Numbered from the whole stretch's first letter, positions 49,688 to 62,827 are shown. The stretch: DNA of 63,931 bases, filler included, from Dirinaria sp. TL-2023a (GCA_051941275.1; 57 parts of 57 records of this genome joined end to end with filler, not necessarily neighbours in it), one strand, 5' to 3'. A program made the numbers and translations. Notes: generated by a model from the letters alone, not told the origin.

Positions 49688-50196
49688 TGTTACGATCCTG
49701 GAACATAAGTAATAAGATAGGCACCAAGTCTCCGACTTGGTTTAGTTAGTCTTTTGACGATGTCGGGACTTTTATCATTGGAAAACCTATCTAACCAAGA
49801 TTGAGTCTTTGACATTAAATCAAGTCAACACGATCGCAAGATTCTGAGTTCGAATTTCAGCTCGAACGCTTGAAGAGTTGTTTTTCGGCGAGGTCTGTCG
49901 ACTGAGAGTTTATCTAAACTCAGAGCGACTACTTGTTTTGATAAACGTATATTAATTTCTGAGCGTCATGAGTCACTCTGATTAGCTAGCATTCTCTACA
50001 GAGTCTTGAATCTTCTCACTTCTCTCAACGCTAGCTTCGAGACGAAACTAAGCCGAGGGATCGAGATAATGTTACGATCCTGGAACATAAGTAGTAAGAT
50101 AGACACCAAGTCTCCGACTTGGTTTAGTTAGTCTTTTGGCGGTGCCGGGACTTTTACCATTGGGAAACCTATCTAACCAAGGTTGGATCTTTGACA
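49688..50196 (+). mobile_element. TRIM-like miniature LTR element, complete copy (127-bp LTRs at 49688-49814 and 50070-50196; 255-bp internal)
   Basis: Two direct TG..CA repeats; interior homologous to copy 1 at both ends; no matching TSD. Confidence 0.9.
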
Positions 50197-50740
50197 ATTG
50201 TCAACTCATTGAAGAATTTCGACAGCATTTGTCGAGTCGACGTCTTTTTTTGTTTTTGAGTCTGAGTCTGTGCTCTCTCGTTGACGTTTTTAGTCATTGC
50301 TAATATCATCAATCAAGTCGTATTTCTTTTTTGTTATCTCGCGAAACAACGAGAGCAAAGAATAAATTATGTAAATAATAGTGTTCAGTTCAATTGTAAA
50401 TAATAATACAAATAATGTTGCGATTGTTTGAAACTCGTATAATTGCAAAACGAGATAAGAAATTGAATGCTTTGTGTAATGTCAGAATCGATGCAGAAGA
50501 TATGATTTATGCAGATACTATCAACTAAATATACAAAGCATGAAGAAAAAAAAAATCTAAGTACAGAAAGTAGATATTTATAAATATGTGAGTGTTGATA
50601 ATGTTGATAAACTCTGATCGCTCGCATCGATCACCTCGGANNNNNNNNNNNNNNNNNNNNNNNNNNNNNNNNNNNNNNNNNNNNTTAATTAATTAANNNN
50701 NNNNNNNNNNNNNNNNNNNNNNNNNNNNNNNNNNNNNNNN

Positions 50741-51209
50741 GAAGACCCGGTCCATCCCAGTGGGCATTCTTTTTCCGACCTTCCTTACCAAACCAATACT
50801 TAATCGTGTACACGGTCGCTCGATACCATCCAGAAATTGAGCCCCAGTCTCGCTCAAGGTGCCACATCAAATGGATCGCACTAGACGGTGCTAGTCGAGG
50901 CTTCATGAGACCAGCAGCTTCGAAACCCGCTATGGCAGATTTGGCCCAGTCCAGGATAAAAATGGAAATCAGAACCCAGAAGAAGAAGACTGGCTTCGCA
51001 TCGATGGACCGCTCAGGTGATACTCCGTTGACTGCTGGCCGTAGCAGGTACTCGTAGATAACAAATAGAAAGTATGCCAATACGAAGAGCGGTCCTAGAA
51101 CATTAGCCGTCGCTCGCGGAATATGTCGTTCGAACTTGTACGATGTGCTCATCGGTACGTCTTCATCCTTGTCTTTAGACGGCGCGGATGCTCGCGCTGG
51201 TAGAGGCAC
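50741..51209 (-). CDS. Hypothetical fungal membrane protein fragment
   Basis: Two hydrophobic helices; W-rich segment WHLERDWGSISGW; start uncertain. Confidence 0.6.
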
Positions 51210-51911
51210 AAGTCCTGGAAGCAGATATCAGCAACAGAAGACTTGCCTTGGTCACATTTCATACTTGTGTGTCCGTAGGGATCGCCATTCTCATCCTCAG
51301 CCTCGTCAACATACTCGGAGGACAGAAAGTGTTCATAGTCTCCTTGCTCGGTGCGGTGCGCAGTTATCAAGGACGTTGTATCTTCATGTGTGCCTCGTTG
51401 AGGCCGACCCAGATCCATCTCAAGCCATTCAGAGCTACGCGGAGCTGGTCACACACTTATGAGGTGTCAGATCTTTCAGCTTTCATGCGCCAAGACTACT
51501 GGTCTGCCCTGGTTCGAATGGCCTGCATAAGCGTGCACTTTAGCGCCACCAGATGCATGCCACATCATTTCAACCCATGTAACGTCTTGGAGACATGCTC
51601 CTCCACCTTGCAACATCTAATTGACGAAAGTCTCCCCTGCCTCCCATACCATGAAAGTTCTTTCGCTTGAAAATTTTTCTTGAGGACCCTCTCCTCGTCT
51701 CCAATCTGACGGTTTTAGGTAAAGACGCTTACAGCCCTGATTCCTTATCGNNNNNNNNNNNNNNNNNNNNNNNNNNNNNNNNNNNNNNNNNNNNTTAATT
51801 AATTAANNNNNNNNNNNNNNNNNNNNNNNNNNNNNNNNNNNNNNNNNNNNCTTAATAATCTTCTCTTATTCTTTCACAGAATCTTCTCAACCTCACATCG
51901 TATCTCACAAG

Positions 51912-52385
51912 ATGCAGGTCATCTTCCGTCTTCAACTCCTCTCGCTGAGTGCTTTCGCATTTCCTGCACTACAGTCCTCTTCATCTGCCGAAGCCCCCTG
52001 CACGACTACGACCAACCATAGCAACTCCACCTCAACCAACTCCACCACGACCACCCCTAATTACAGCAAGCGCACCGACTCTGGAAATGCGGGTCCCAGT
52101 ATGCAGAGCTTTGACACCGCATGTACGGGTAAAGCTATTGGTCCAAATATCCCTTTTACCCCTCATCGTTGCACGAATTTCAATCCAACGCTGTCGCATT
52201 TCAACGTCGACGTCGCGGGACTGGGTTACGATGCAGGGCTTCTGTGGCTTTTTAGTGACCCCCACTGTGAAAATGAAACAACATCCGTCGATCTTTCGCA
52301 TCAGGTCATATACGAATCGGCCCAATGTTTTGACTCTAAGGTAACCTCGATCATGGCTGTGCAGTGGGGTACACCAGAGGCGTGA
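51912..52385 (+). CDS. Small secreted cysteine-containing protein (157 aa)
   Basis: Signal-peptide-like N-terminus, S/T-rich linker, KR dibasic site, then four Cys; complete ORF. Confidence 0.7.
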   Translation: MQVIFRLQLLSLSAFAFPALQSSSSAEAPCTTTTNHSNSTSTNSTTTTPNYSKRTDSGNAGPSMQSFDTACTGKAIGPNIPFTPHRCTNFNPTLSHFNVDVAGLGYDAGLLWLFSDPHCENETTSVDLSHQVIYESAQCFDSKVTSIMAVQWGTPEA

Positions 52386-52960
52386 AGTCCTAGTCGAATA
52401 TGACGAGGTGGAGCTCGTTTAGTTGACGGATCTGGGAGTGACCAAAAGAAGAGAATTTTTGATGTATCACATTTGTTGTTGGCGCGCATATAACACTCTC
52501 AGCCCTATGCCAAGCCTTGCATGTATTTAACCACACACACCTCCATAGTTCTTACAAAACCAGTCGTCAACTTCAACAGGTTATGAGCTCGGGTTCTGCG
52601 CTATGCCCGCTGAAAATCAATCAATGCGATGCTACTGTTGACGACTCCCTCGTGCGCACATCGCTGCTGCCACGCTGTAATCAATCAATTAACAACGATC
52701 GAATCTCCCTCTCTGTATCGCTCGTCGAAGCAAGGCTGTCGACATGAAGAGCAAGAAATGTACTCACTGTCAAGAGACGGCAGTGTAAGATAGCGGCGTG
52801 ATGTCGCTATATTGTTTATCAGAACGAAGCAAAGCTGCTGTCGTTCAAGTGTCGTTTCGTNNNNNNNNNNNNNNNNNNNNNNNNNNNNNNNNNNNNNNNN
52901 NNNNTTAATTAATTAANNNNNNNNNNNNNNNNNNNNNNNNNNNNNNNNNNNNNNNNNNNN

Positions 52961-53159
52961 AAACAACCCTTCAAGCGTCCGGGCGGAATCGAACTCAGAA
53001 CTTTGCGACCGGGTTGACTTGGTTTAATGTCAAAGACCCAACCTTGGTTAGATAGGTTTCCCAATGGTAAAAGTCCCGGCAGCGCCAAAAGACTAACTAA
53101 ACCAAGTCAAAGGACTTGGTGCCTATCTTACTACTTGGTTAGTTTCCAGGGTCGTAACA
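52961..53159 (-). mobile_element. TRIM copy 3 (5' LTR 53028-53159 plus start of the internal region)
   Basis: Reverse complement matches the LTR, TTAAACCAAGTCAA and GAGTTCGATTCC. Confidence 0.9.
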
Positions 53160-54184
53160 CAAATTATTTTCTCTCGAATTTCGTGACTGAAAGATTGTTA
53201 AACAGAGATGAACAATTCTACGATACTCATTTCGCTAACTTCACGACGAAAAAAAAACTACGAATTTTTAGAACAAATAAAAGACGAGTGATCAAATGAT
53301 ATTTTCGTGATTTCTGATATTATGTTATCAAGAATGAATACGCATTCGTGAGAAACGAGAGAGTACAAGCAGAGTTGAAGATCAAAGACAGTCAAGAGAA
53401 TAGAATAAAATGCGTGATACAAGATGACTCGAGTTCGTCACGCAAATCAAAATCACTGTTATCTCAATCACATTCGAGATCGCAATCTCTGTCGTTGAAA
53501 TTCTCTCTATCGCTTTTATCGAGATCGCAATCTCTGTCGTTGAAACTCTCTCTGTCGTCTTCATCGAGATCAAAGACTTCTACAACGAAGAAAAAAAGAG
53601 CAAGATATATCAAAATTTGAGAGTGATCAGATTTATCAGACATCGAGAAAAGAGCTGCATCTATCACAATACAATCAGAAAAAATGTCTACGCTTTCAAA
53701 TAAAAATGCGTCTAAATCGTCGACTGTGTCGTTTAACTTTACTTTTACGTCGTTTAAGACTCAGAAATCGCGAACATATGACTCGATGAATCTGAACTCG
53801 AATGAAAATATCTCGAATGATCAAGAATCATTCAAACATGCACTGAAGAATGAACAGCTCAGAGAGAGTCAGATATTCTCAACTTCACTTCAACATGAAT
53901 CAGATTTCGACGAGAAATCTCGCAAGCTCTCGATTTTCGAATCAACTCTGAAGAAGTTACTAGATGAAAANNNNNNNNNNNNNNNNNNNNNNNNNNNNNN
54001 NNNNNNNNNNNNNNTTAATTAATTAANNNNNNNNNNNNNNNNNNNNNNNNNNNNNNNNNNNNNNNNNNNNGGGGGGTGTAATCAGGAAGGGGGGGTGTGT
54101 GCTTAGCGGGCGCCTTCTTATTGATGACCTTAATAGCCGTAGCGAAAGCTCTATAATATTTCGAATGGGAGTCAATAACCAGTT

Positions 54185-55079
54185 GACAACAAGTTGCACA
54201 CTCGGCACAAAGTCCTTGATCAAAAACCTGATTCAGTACTAAGATATATTCGCTTTAGATCAGAACGAGATTTGCTTCGACGATTGTCGAGACGGCTGAA
54301 ACGAGATTTCAGCTGATTGACAACAAGTTACACACTCAGCATAAAGTACTGATCGAAAATCTCAAGTAGTACTAGTATCTTCGATTCATTTCAAAAGAGA
54401 ATTTTTCTCGATGAATGTCGAGAATGAAACGAGATATCAGCTGATTGACTGTTATGGACCAAATGGTGGGCCAAATATAATGATATTACCTATAAGGTAG
54501 ATAGTCAAAATAGCTAATAATAATGGTGATCCCCTGGGAAATCTGGGTGCAATCGCCTGCTAAATAGACCATACCTGCCCCAGGGGGTTCCGCCATAGGC
54601 TCGGAAGCATGTGAAACCGGCATTGTTGCGGGATGCGCCAAATGCATGGTGCAAAGCCATAAAAGTAAACACTGGGCCGGTGCCAAAAGATCATAGAACC
54701 TAGTACCAAAAATGCTAGTCCCAGAAGCATAGGAAGAAGCATGTGAAAATTCATAACATTGACAACAAGTTGCACACGCGGCACAAAGTACAGAATCAAG
54801 AAATCTCAATCAATACTAGTGTCTTCGATTCATTTCAAAAGAAGATTTTTCTCGACGAATGTCGAGAGTGAGACGAGATTTCAGCTGATTGACAACATGT
54901 TGCACTCTTAACATAAAGCACTTGATCAAAAATCTCAATCAGTACTAGAATATTCGCTTTAGATCAAAACGGGTTTTGCTCCGACGATTGTCGAGAGTGA
55001 AACGCGATATGAATTAGTTGACAACAAGTTGCACACTCGACACAAAATACTTGATCAAAAATCTCAATCAGTACTAGTA
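54185..55079 (+). repeat. Tandem array of ~130-bp units in two variants, split by a solo LTR
   Basis: GACAAC unit starts at 54185, 54319, 54447/54761, 54891 and 55020. Confidence 0.9.
54450..54758. mobile_element. Solo LTR (309 bp) with TSD TTGAC, not hypermutated
   Basis: TGTTATG..CATAACA; TTGAC at 54445-54449 and 54759-54763. Confidence 0.9.
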
Positions 55080-55179
55080 NNNNNNNNNNNNNNNNNNNNN
55101 NNNNNNNNNNNNNNNNNNNNNNNTTAATTAATTAANNNNNNNNNNNNNNNNNNNNNNNNNNNNNNNNNNNNNNNNNNNN

Positions 55180-56147
55180 ATAGGGGTCTGGTTCATGACA
55201 GATCTAATTCTACATCTCTTACATCTAGTCGCAGAAATCAGCGAATTTCTGCGTTAAATTGTAGATTTTAATCTATTTGTTATGTTAATAAGGAGTTCCT
55301 TATAGAATTTACGGACTAGCTAGGTTATGTGATAATGTGCAATAGTATAGGAAACAAAGAGTCTATTACTATCAAGATTAATTACTGAGAAACTCAAATC
55401 TTCGAGATGAGAATGATCTCTTTTGTCATGAACCAGACCCCTATGAGCCTGATCACATAACTAGGTCACATGATTTCATAGACCCTGAACCCTGAAGTAG
55501 AGCCTCTGAATATCACATGTGTGTGAAAAGATCTATATCAAGTGTTTTGTTAGAGATGTTGTGTTTTTATCTAATCAGATTTAATGTTCTCGAATCGATG
55601 TTGTTTCGATCTCATATTTAAATCTATCTGTATTTAGATTTTTTTTCTTTTCTTTTTCATAGATAGTATTTTAGTTTATTTGTACTCATATGTCATTGAG
55701 CGCTGTGCAGACTCTGATATTACACTATTTATCACTGTAACAGTAATACCTGATACATTGGTATATATTGACCAATGCAGGCTAGCGCCGCTTGGCAGCC
55801 GAGGGTGCCCAGGGACAATCCTTCGGGGTCTGAAGCATGGCTAGCGCCGCCTAGGAGCCAGCGTCGGAAGATTGAATCCCGAGGCTAACTAGAAGTCAGT
55901 GAGCGGTTGACGCTTATAGAGCATTGTGTCTACGAGCGCTCGTGATCCGCCAGCGCGAGGCTCGTCATGGTGAGGCAATATTAACGCTCGCGATTAAGTA
56001 TAGAGAATCACTCACCCTTTCGAAGAGGGTCCTTAGTGATTAGTTCTAGCAGGAACTACAGTATCAGATAGTCATATAATCTATTACACTGTCACGTCTT
56101 TCACACAAGTACTGCGTGGACGGGTAATCGACGCATACGATCTTACA
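55180..56147. mobile_element. LTR cluster: family A end (55180-55200), family B partial (55278-55423), family A (55424-55719), family C (55736-56147, 412 bp)
   Basis: Each segment matches other copies in this window. Confidence 0.85.
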
Positions 56148-56288
56148 GTTCTAATCACTTCAATCTTTTGAAGAGAAAGGCCCGAAGTNNNNNNNNNNNN
56201 NNNNNNNNNNNNNNNNNNNNNNNNNNNNNNNNTTAATTAATTAANNNNNNNNNNNNNNNNNNNNNNNNNNNNNNNNNNNNNNNNNNNN

Positions 56289-56775
56289 CGGTGCCATATG
56301 TATCGTTTTCGTGGTTCGGGAAGCCTTCTGACGAAGCGCCAGACGCTGGTAAATTGAGCGACTGCAAGTAAGTCTTGCTGGCCGCTTCGTCGAAGAAGCC
56401 ACCATGACTTCCAGCGCATGCGCTTGGACTATCGCTAGCGCTGCATGTTGGAGTATCTGCATCGAATACGTAAGTGTTATTCCAGAGTCTATCTAAAATT
56501 AGCATTGCTTCAGCGTTCTAGGGTTGCCAGCGGATAACGTACCCTTCAGCTCCGAAAGCAAGGTTCTGAGGAGGAGAGCCCACGGAGAGAAACACCCCTC
56601 TTGAGATTACATTGTCATCTAAAGTCACATTCGTGACAGGGACAGAAATCGGATCGGCGAGCGATGAAGAGCACGAGGCGCCACATGAACCTTTGAAGAG
56701 TAGAGCAATGCAGAAGAGCAGAGATGGTCGCAGCCAAAAACGAACGCGTAAGCTAAGATTCCTTGATACTAGCAT
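56289..56775 (-). CDS. Secreted or membrane aspartic-protease-like (A1 fold) protein, N-terminal exons
   Basis: Signal region; RGVFLSVGSPPQNLAF; intron; NNTYVF..C..C...HGGFFD..ASKTY. Confidence 0.8.
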
Positions 56776-59700
56776 CCTCAAATGGAATATCAGGGTATCA
56801 AAGCAACGCAGCTGAATTAACGCAGCACGGTCACGAAAAGAACAAGCAAAAAGGTTTAGAAAATAGAAAAGCACTGGTGCAAGAAAGATGTACTGTTGTA
56901 CCCTTAGTCAGAAGCTGTAGACCGAAACTCGAAACCCGAAACCCAAAGTATAGAAAGCGATTTTTATGCTGTGCCCTTCGTGAGCCTAGCACTCTGGCTG
57001 GATCAGCATGAAACTGGGTGGGTAAGCGGCACACTGTTCCTCAGCTCCTCGATAGGATTGATGAAGGCAATAGCCGCCTTGTCGAGTGCTGTAGAAGGGC
57101 TATCACATCATTCATATCGGTGTTAGAACAGATCAGCGGCAGCGCCCCCGGCACCCTTTCATTGGATGTGTCTTTGAAATGAGACGGGAGCGACTTTGAT
57201 GCGACAGCGAATTGGGGGTGTGCCAGGAGGGAACACCTTGCATGCATTTAGCGCGATGAAAATCTGGACCATTACAGTATTCTGGTCCCTTTCCTCNNNN
57301 NNNNNNNNNNNNNNNNNNNNNNNNNNNNNNNNNNNNNNNNTTAATTAATTAANNNNNNNNNNNNNNNNNNNNNNNNNNNNNNNNNNNNNNNNNNNNAATA
57401 CCTCGTCGACACGTTTCATTATTTTCGACGTCTCGTGACTCAAAGCCACCGACTAGGCTCAGCAGCAAACGATGATAAACACATTTTCGAAATAGACTCG
57501 CAATTGACGCTAAAAACTTGATCTCTAAGCTAAGATCCAGAACTTTTGCAGCTTTGTGAGGGAAACTCGGGGCAGCTTCAGTCGACGACATGGCCGAGAG
57601 ACTTCTAACACTGTCGAATTTGAAGACATTCATCGTCCCTGAGGAATCTTTTGTGTTGGAAACTATCGCTCCATGCATCTCATTTATTTGATATTCGTCA
57701 GGTATGTGATGAGATAATTTCTATACGCGAAGTTATAGAAGGGTCAAGGTACAGTATATAGGTGACACGGGTGCCCCCCCGCAATCATTATGGCGTTCAA
57801 TGATTTCGAACATGATGTACTTCTAATCGAGAGTTGTACAAGTATACTTGATCGCTTCTACGCGACGCAGAACTTTCTTGTATAGCTGAACAAAGAGGTG
57901 GCTGAAGCTTCACACAATGACTTAAAACCCCAAATTCGACCTCAATCCAGTTTTTGAGCGGCGCAAGCCGAGTCCACGGTTCTCCTGGGGAAAAAAAAGG
58001 GGGAAAAAAAAAAAAAAAAAAAAAAAAGACGGTCGAAATATAATCTACCAGGTCTTACTCAACGCTGATGATTGCCACCTACCTCATCAACCAGATGCAG
58101 AATGCAATCGCTTGCTACATTTATCAATCAGCATGACAATCATTCAGAAACATCATCTCTACGTAGAAGCTGTTTCGCGGATTTGATTCGTTATTGAGAA
58201 CAGATTTCGAACATGTAATGATATTGGTACTTTTTTATTTTATTTTTCAACAATTTAAATCGAAAAATCTCTTGTCGCGTGAAATTGTTTATTTTATTGT
58301 AGTGTTCTACTAACCCCCCTGGGGTGGTTTGAGGATTTCTGTTCTTTTTGAGTTTAGGAGGTACGAGTGCCTCCGGCTCATGTGATTTCCCCTCTTGTAG
58401 CTGNNNNNNNNNNNNNNNNNNNNNNNNNNNNNNNNNNNNNNNNNNNNTTAATTAATTAANNNNNNNNNNNNNNNNNNNNNNNNNNNNNNNNNNNNNNNNN
58501 NNNGATTTTAGCTAGAACCTCCACCTCCTCAAAGCTGCGAAGCTGAGAGGCTGCGAGAGTAAGCTGGATAACCTCTCTTCTTCACTATCTGCACTAGCCC
58601 ATTTCCTCTCAGCGTCATAAGATTCGATCTTATTGATCTATCTGCTCGACTCGTGTCCCGTGATGAATCTATCAGGAGAAAACAGTTGTTAACAATAACC
58701 GTACTGGGCTTTCGTTGGATTAACAACATATTATTAATAGTAAACTAACGAAATCTCAACTGAGAAAGTTCTTTGACTCAGAAAAATCCCCTCATCGATT
58801 CTCACCTGCTGAATCGATTCTTCATTTCAAGTGCAGGCTTTTTTTAATCATCTTAAGCGCGTTGAGACGGTTCATTAAATTAATTTTACACTCAGCGTTG
58901 GAATTTGACGACGCGCTCATGCTCCCTACCTAATACATAATCTTGCGCTTGTGGATTAGAGGTTTCATCGACCATCTTCGAGAGCGACACTAGTAGGATC
59001 TTCCTTATGTCTGTTTTCTCTTCATCCCAGAAGATTGTGATCACAGAGTACCGCTCAAACCCACGTAACAATGATTGGTTGATGCACATAGAACAGTACT
59101 TTAAAAGTACTGACAAAAAGATAGAGCAGAGGGTCAGACTTCGTTACCTCCCAGTTGATGTTTACGAAGCGTTTCACTACGAAATCAGCCCTAAGGCCTG
59201 TTTTGAGCCCAGCGAATAGATCTGCAAAGTGCAAGCGAAAGTTTATCACTCATTCTGACTGCTTAGAAGCCAAGTGAATAGATCTACCAAGCTGGTCGGG
59301 AGCAACTGACGGCTAGAGAATTGCAAGCTCAGATATTGACAGGATCTATCGAGAAGGCAACGATAAGAAAAAATACATAAAACTCTCTCGCGTCTGCACT
59401 CACTCATTGGCTCCCCAACAAAAAAACCTGCAACTGCTGCTAAAAGATCGAAACAAGCAAATCAAAGCTGCGACATTTCCACCTGCCTTCCCTTCTTCAA
59501 GCAGCAGAANNNNNNNNNNNNNNNNNNNNNNNNNNNNNNNNNNNNNNNNNNNNTTAATTAATTAANNNNNNNNNNNNNNNNNNNNNNNNNNNNNNNNNNN
59601 NNNNNNNNNGCATAAAATTATATTGGTAAGAATGCGAATTCTGATAATATTCATCTCACACTGTAATCGACGAGCTCAATTTCTATTGACGCTATAAGTT

Positions 59701-61119
59701 TCTTTTTGAGCTAATAAGGAAAGAAAAGAGAGACATTTCTTTTTGTGGGGTATTAACTAGATAAGGTATGCATATCCAATCCAATAAACCTCCTCTTAAA
59801 GAAATCAATCTAGCTCTCGGCCGTGTGCTCTGGAATCAGATATAGAAGACGAGTGATGGGATAAGTGAGAATAGAATTGAGAAGGTACTAGGATATAAGT
59901 CTTTATGTACTTACGGCTTTTTGGGACGCTTATGGGGCATTTTAGGTACTGAAGGTGGAAAAGCAGGTATCTTGGTATCTTACATTGATTCAAATGATTG
60001 TTCGAAAAAAAGAAAAGAAAAGGAAAGTAAAGGAAAAAAGGGGGAAAGGAAAGGACTGGAAACATGGATAGGTGGAAGAAGCCTTTGCTTGAGCATCTCA
60101 TGTCTACGAGAAAGAGGGAGTATGTGTAGGCCCTTCTTCTGATCAATTTCAAATGGCAAAAAAACCAAGATAAATAAACAAACAAAAGCAGAAAAAAAGA
60201 CAAGAACGGTGTGGGAGTCATCCTACCTGGCCTGCAACAATGGTATCACGTGATTTTTCTCCAATCGAGCGAAATCACAAAGCGGCTTCTTACCAAGCAT
60301 ATACCGAGCACACAACCCCTTCAGCGCTTTTTGACCTCTTCAATCCCACATAAGCCTGGCAACATATTTAAAAGAGAAAAAAAAGAAAAAACAATTCGTC
60401 TCACTTTCCAACGAAAGATTGCCTTGCCAATCCTTGACTGTGTCCCCTAATGAACAGCCCCCGCGCCAAGGGTAAGTACAGTAAGGCAATGCTTACACAC
60501 CGCCACCATCGCAGTGCACACGCTTCCTTCCATCCTTCTACCTCCCATCCCGCACACCAAAAAAAAAGCAGAGGAAGCTGGGCATGACGAAAGTAGCTCA
60601 CACGCGCGCCAATAANNNNNNNNNNNNNNNNNNNNNNNNNNNNNNNNNNNNNNNNNNNNTTAATTAATTAANNNNNNNNNNNNNNNNNNNNNNNNNNNNN
60701 NNNNNNNNNNNNNNNTTTATCTGTGTCAAACACTCTCGAAGCTGTAAAATACACATTCGCTTTGATAAATGTAGTAAATGTCTTCGTCGCGATCAGCGTT
60801 GCGACATTCGTGTGACGCAGTTCGAATGAGAGCGTCTAAAGTTAGAAAAAACAAAATTTCGTCAAGACATAAAGAAAGTATACGAGACGCAGAAAAAAAC
60901 TCGCGCGAATCTGAACATTGTTTTTGTTCGAGAAATGCGTTTTCGTCAATAGATAAATTTTCTGAATGATCGTATCGATGACGCGATATCGATTGAAGAG
61001 AAGAATATTGAAAAGTTGAAGATTTAGAAAACTTTGATCTCGCAGAGTTCGTCGAATGCTCTGATTTTCAATCTGTCGTCACACATCTGAAGTGTCATGA
61101 ACAAGTTTTCTAACGATTT

Positions 61120-61503
61120 TTGATCGATTCTCGTTCTTTTCGAAACTGTTGCAACGTCTGCTGACAGTTTTCAAAATTTCTGAGTAATTCTCACGTGTTG
61201 TTTTCTATAAATCACTCTTTTCACTTAATCAAATATTTTTGATCTCTCTGTTTCAGTATTCTCTCGATCTCGAACTCGTCTTTCTCTTGCGATTCAAAAA
61301 AGAAGATTTTCTGTATAGACGTATTGAGGTCGATTGATTCTAACAATGACATATAAAATACATTATGAATTCGCGCATTCTTTGATAGATTTAGTTCAAA
61401 ATTTACTAATCTCTTGACTGTCTTTATTAAAAATGATTCGATTTTGACATGATCGAGTTTCTTGCTTGATTTCTTAGTTTTCAAATTCTTGATCAGTAGA
61501 TAG
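61120..61503 (-). mobile_element. Chromovirus integrase C-terminus (GPY/F region and chromodomain), decayed
   Basis: KKLDHVKIESFLI..IHNVFYMSLLE..EFEIERILKQRDQKYLIK*KE..NT*E. Confidence 0.9.
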
Positions 61504-61721
61504 TGTTACGATCCTGGAACATAAGTAGTAAGATAGGCATCAAGTTCTTTGACTTGATTTAGTTAGTCTTTTGGTCATGCCGGGACTTTTATCATTGAGA
61601 AATCTATCTAATCATGTTAGGACCGGTGCAGAGCAAGTCAATGCAGGTATAGTTAACTAAGATATTATCACTAAGGAAGGAAAGAAGAATAAAAGAAGCT
61701 AGATACAATGGGGGTCCCAGA
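61504..61721 (+). mobile_element. TRIM-family LTR (61504-61614) interrupted by a family-D LTR
   Basis: Matches the LTR starting at 50070; switches at 61615 to the reverse complement of the 41720 end. Confidence 0.85.
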
Positions 61722-61821
61722 NNNNNNNNNNNNNNNNNNNNNNNNNNNNNNNNNNNNNNNNNNNNTTAATTAATTAANNNNNNNNNNNNNNNNNNNNNNN
61801 NNNNNNNNNNNNNNNNNNNNN

Positions 61822-62432
61822 AATCTTCGAATTCTCAGTATATTTTTGCGCGTCGACAGCGTGTTGACGCTGTTGAACTCTTGTGTCAGTGCGATCATCT
61901 CTGCTGCACTCATTTTCTGTACTCTTTTCGCTTTCGCGTTTTCTTTGATTCAGATCACAATTTTCAGTTCTCTGCTCAGCTGACGCTTCGAGGATGTAGC
62001 AGTAACGTTGACGCGTGTTGTTCTCTGTGCGCTCGCGATGCTCATGATCGCTATTTTCGCTCAATTACTCTTTTTCTGCACGTGTTTCTTCTTTTGTACA
62101 GTTTTTTCAAGTCTGCTGATCATCTTCTCAAGTCGCGCAATCATCGCGCCGCTATCATTTTGTGTGATCGAGATAGTTGCGATTTCGCTCTGAAGCGTCT
62201 TTGCGCGAATCATGTCGAACAGATTGTGTCGTTCAGTCATCGACATCATTTCGCTGACATTGATTCTCTTAAACTCATAGAGTCTCACAATCTTATTTAC
62301 CTCATTCAATATTTCGCTCGATTCTGATATTCTTCTCTGCGAAGACGTCTCGATGATATCTCGTTCATTTGTCGACGTCGCGTCGATCGCGTTCACCTCA
62401 CCGCGACGATCAGGATGAATCGCGAGCCTCAT
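61822..62432 (-). mobile_element. Probable decayed LINE ORF1 fragment
   Basis: CC/GG-depleted long frame with a coiled-coil followed by *AKIA (W-A-x-x-A-like). Confidence 0.45.
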
Positions 62433-62703
62433 CGTCAGTGATAATCCTCAGTAGCTCTTCGAATTCAAAAATAGTTTTAATTGATAGTATGATCGAGTTA
62501 CTCAATGTGATAAATGTTATCTGTTTACGAACAAATTATGACGTCGATTTTTTTTTATTTAATTGATTTAATATGCAAAAAATAAAAATTTAAGATTATT
62601 TAAAAAACTGATACAAATACTTGTAAATATTTACACGTAAAAATTAAATAGATTAATACGCGATTGAGTAGCTTTGTTACGATTTTAAATAAATAGTAAA
62701 AAA

Positions 62704-62827
62704 TGTTACGACCCTGAAAACAAAACCGAGTAGTAAGATAGGCACCAAGTCCCTTGACTTGGTTTAGTTAGTCTTTTGGCGCTGCCGGGACTTTTACCAT
62801 TGAGAAACCTATCTAACCAAGGTTGGG
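62704..62827 (+). mobile_element. TRIM-family LTR, truncated by contig end
   Basis: Nearly identical to the LTR starting at 39884. Confidence 0.9.

Noticed and set aside
54185..55079. Repeat array as a CRISPR locus
   Set aside because: Whole ~130-bp units are homologous with no unique spacers, the context is eukaryotic, and no cas genes are present
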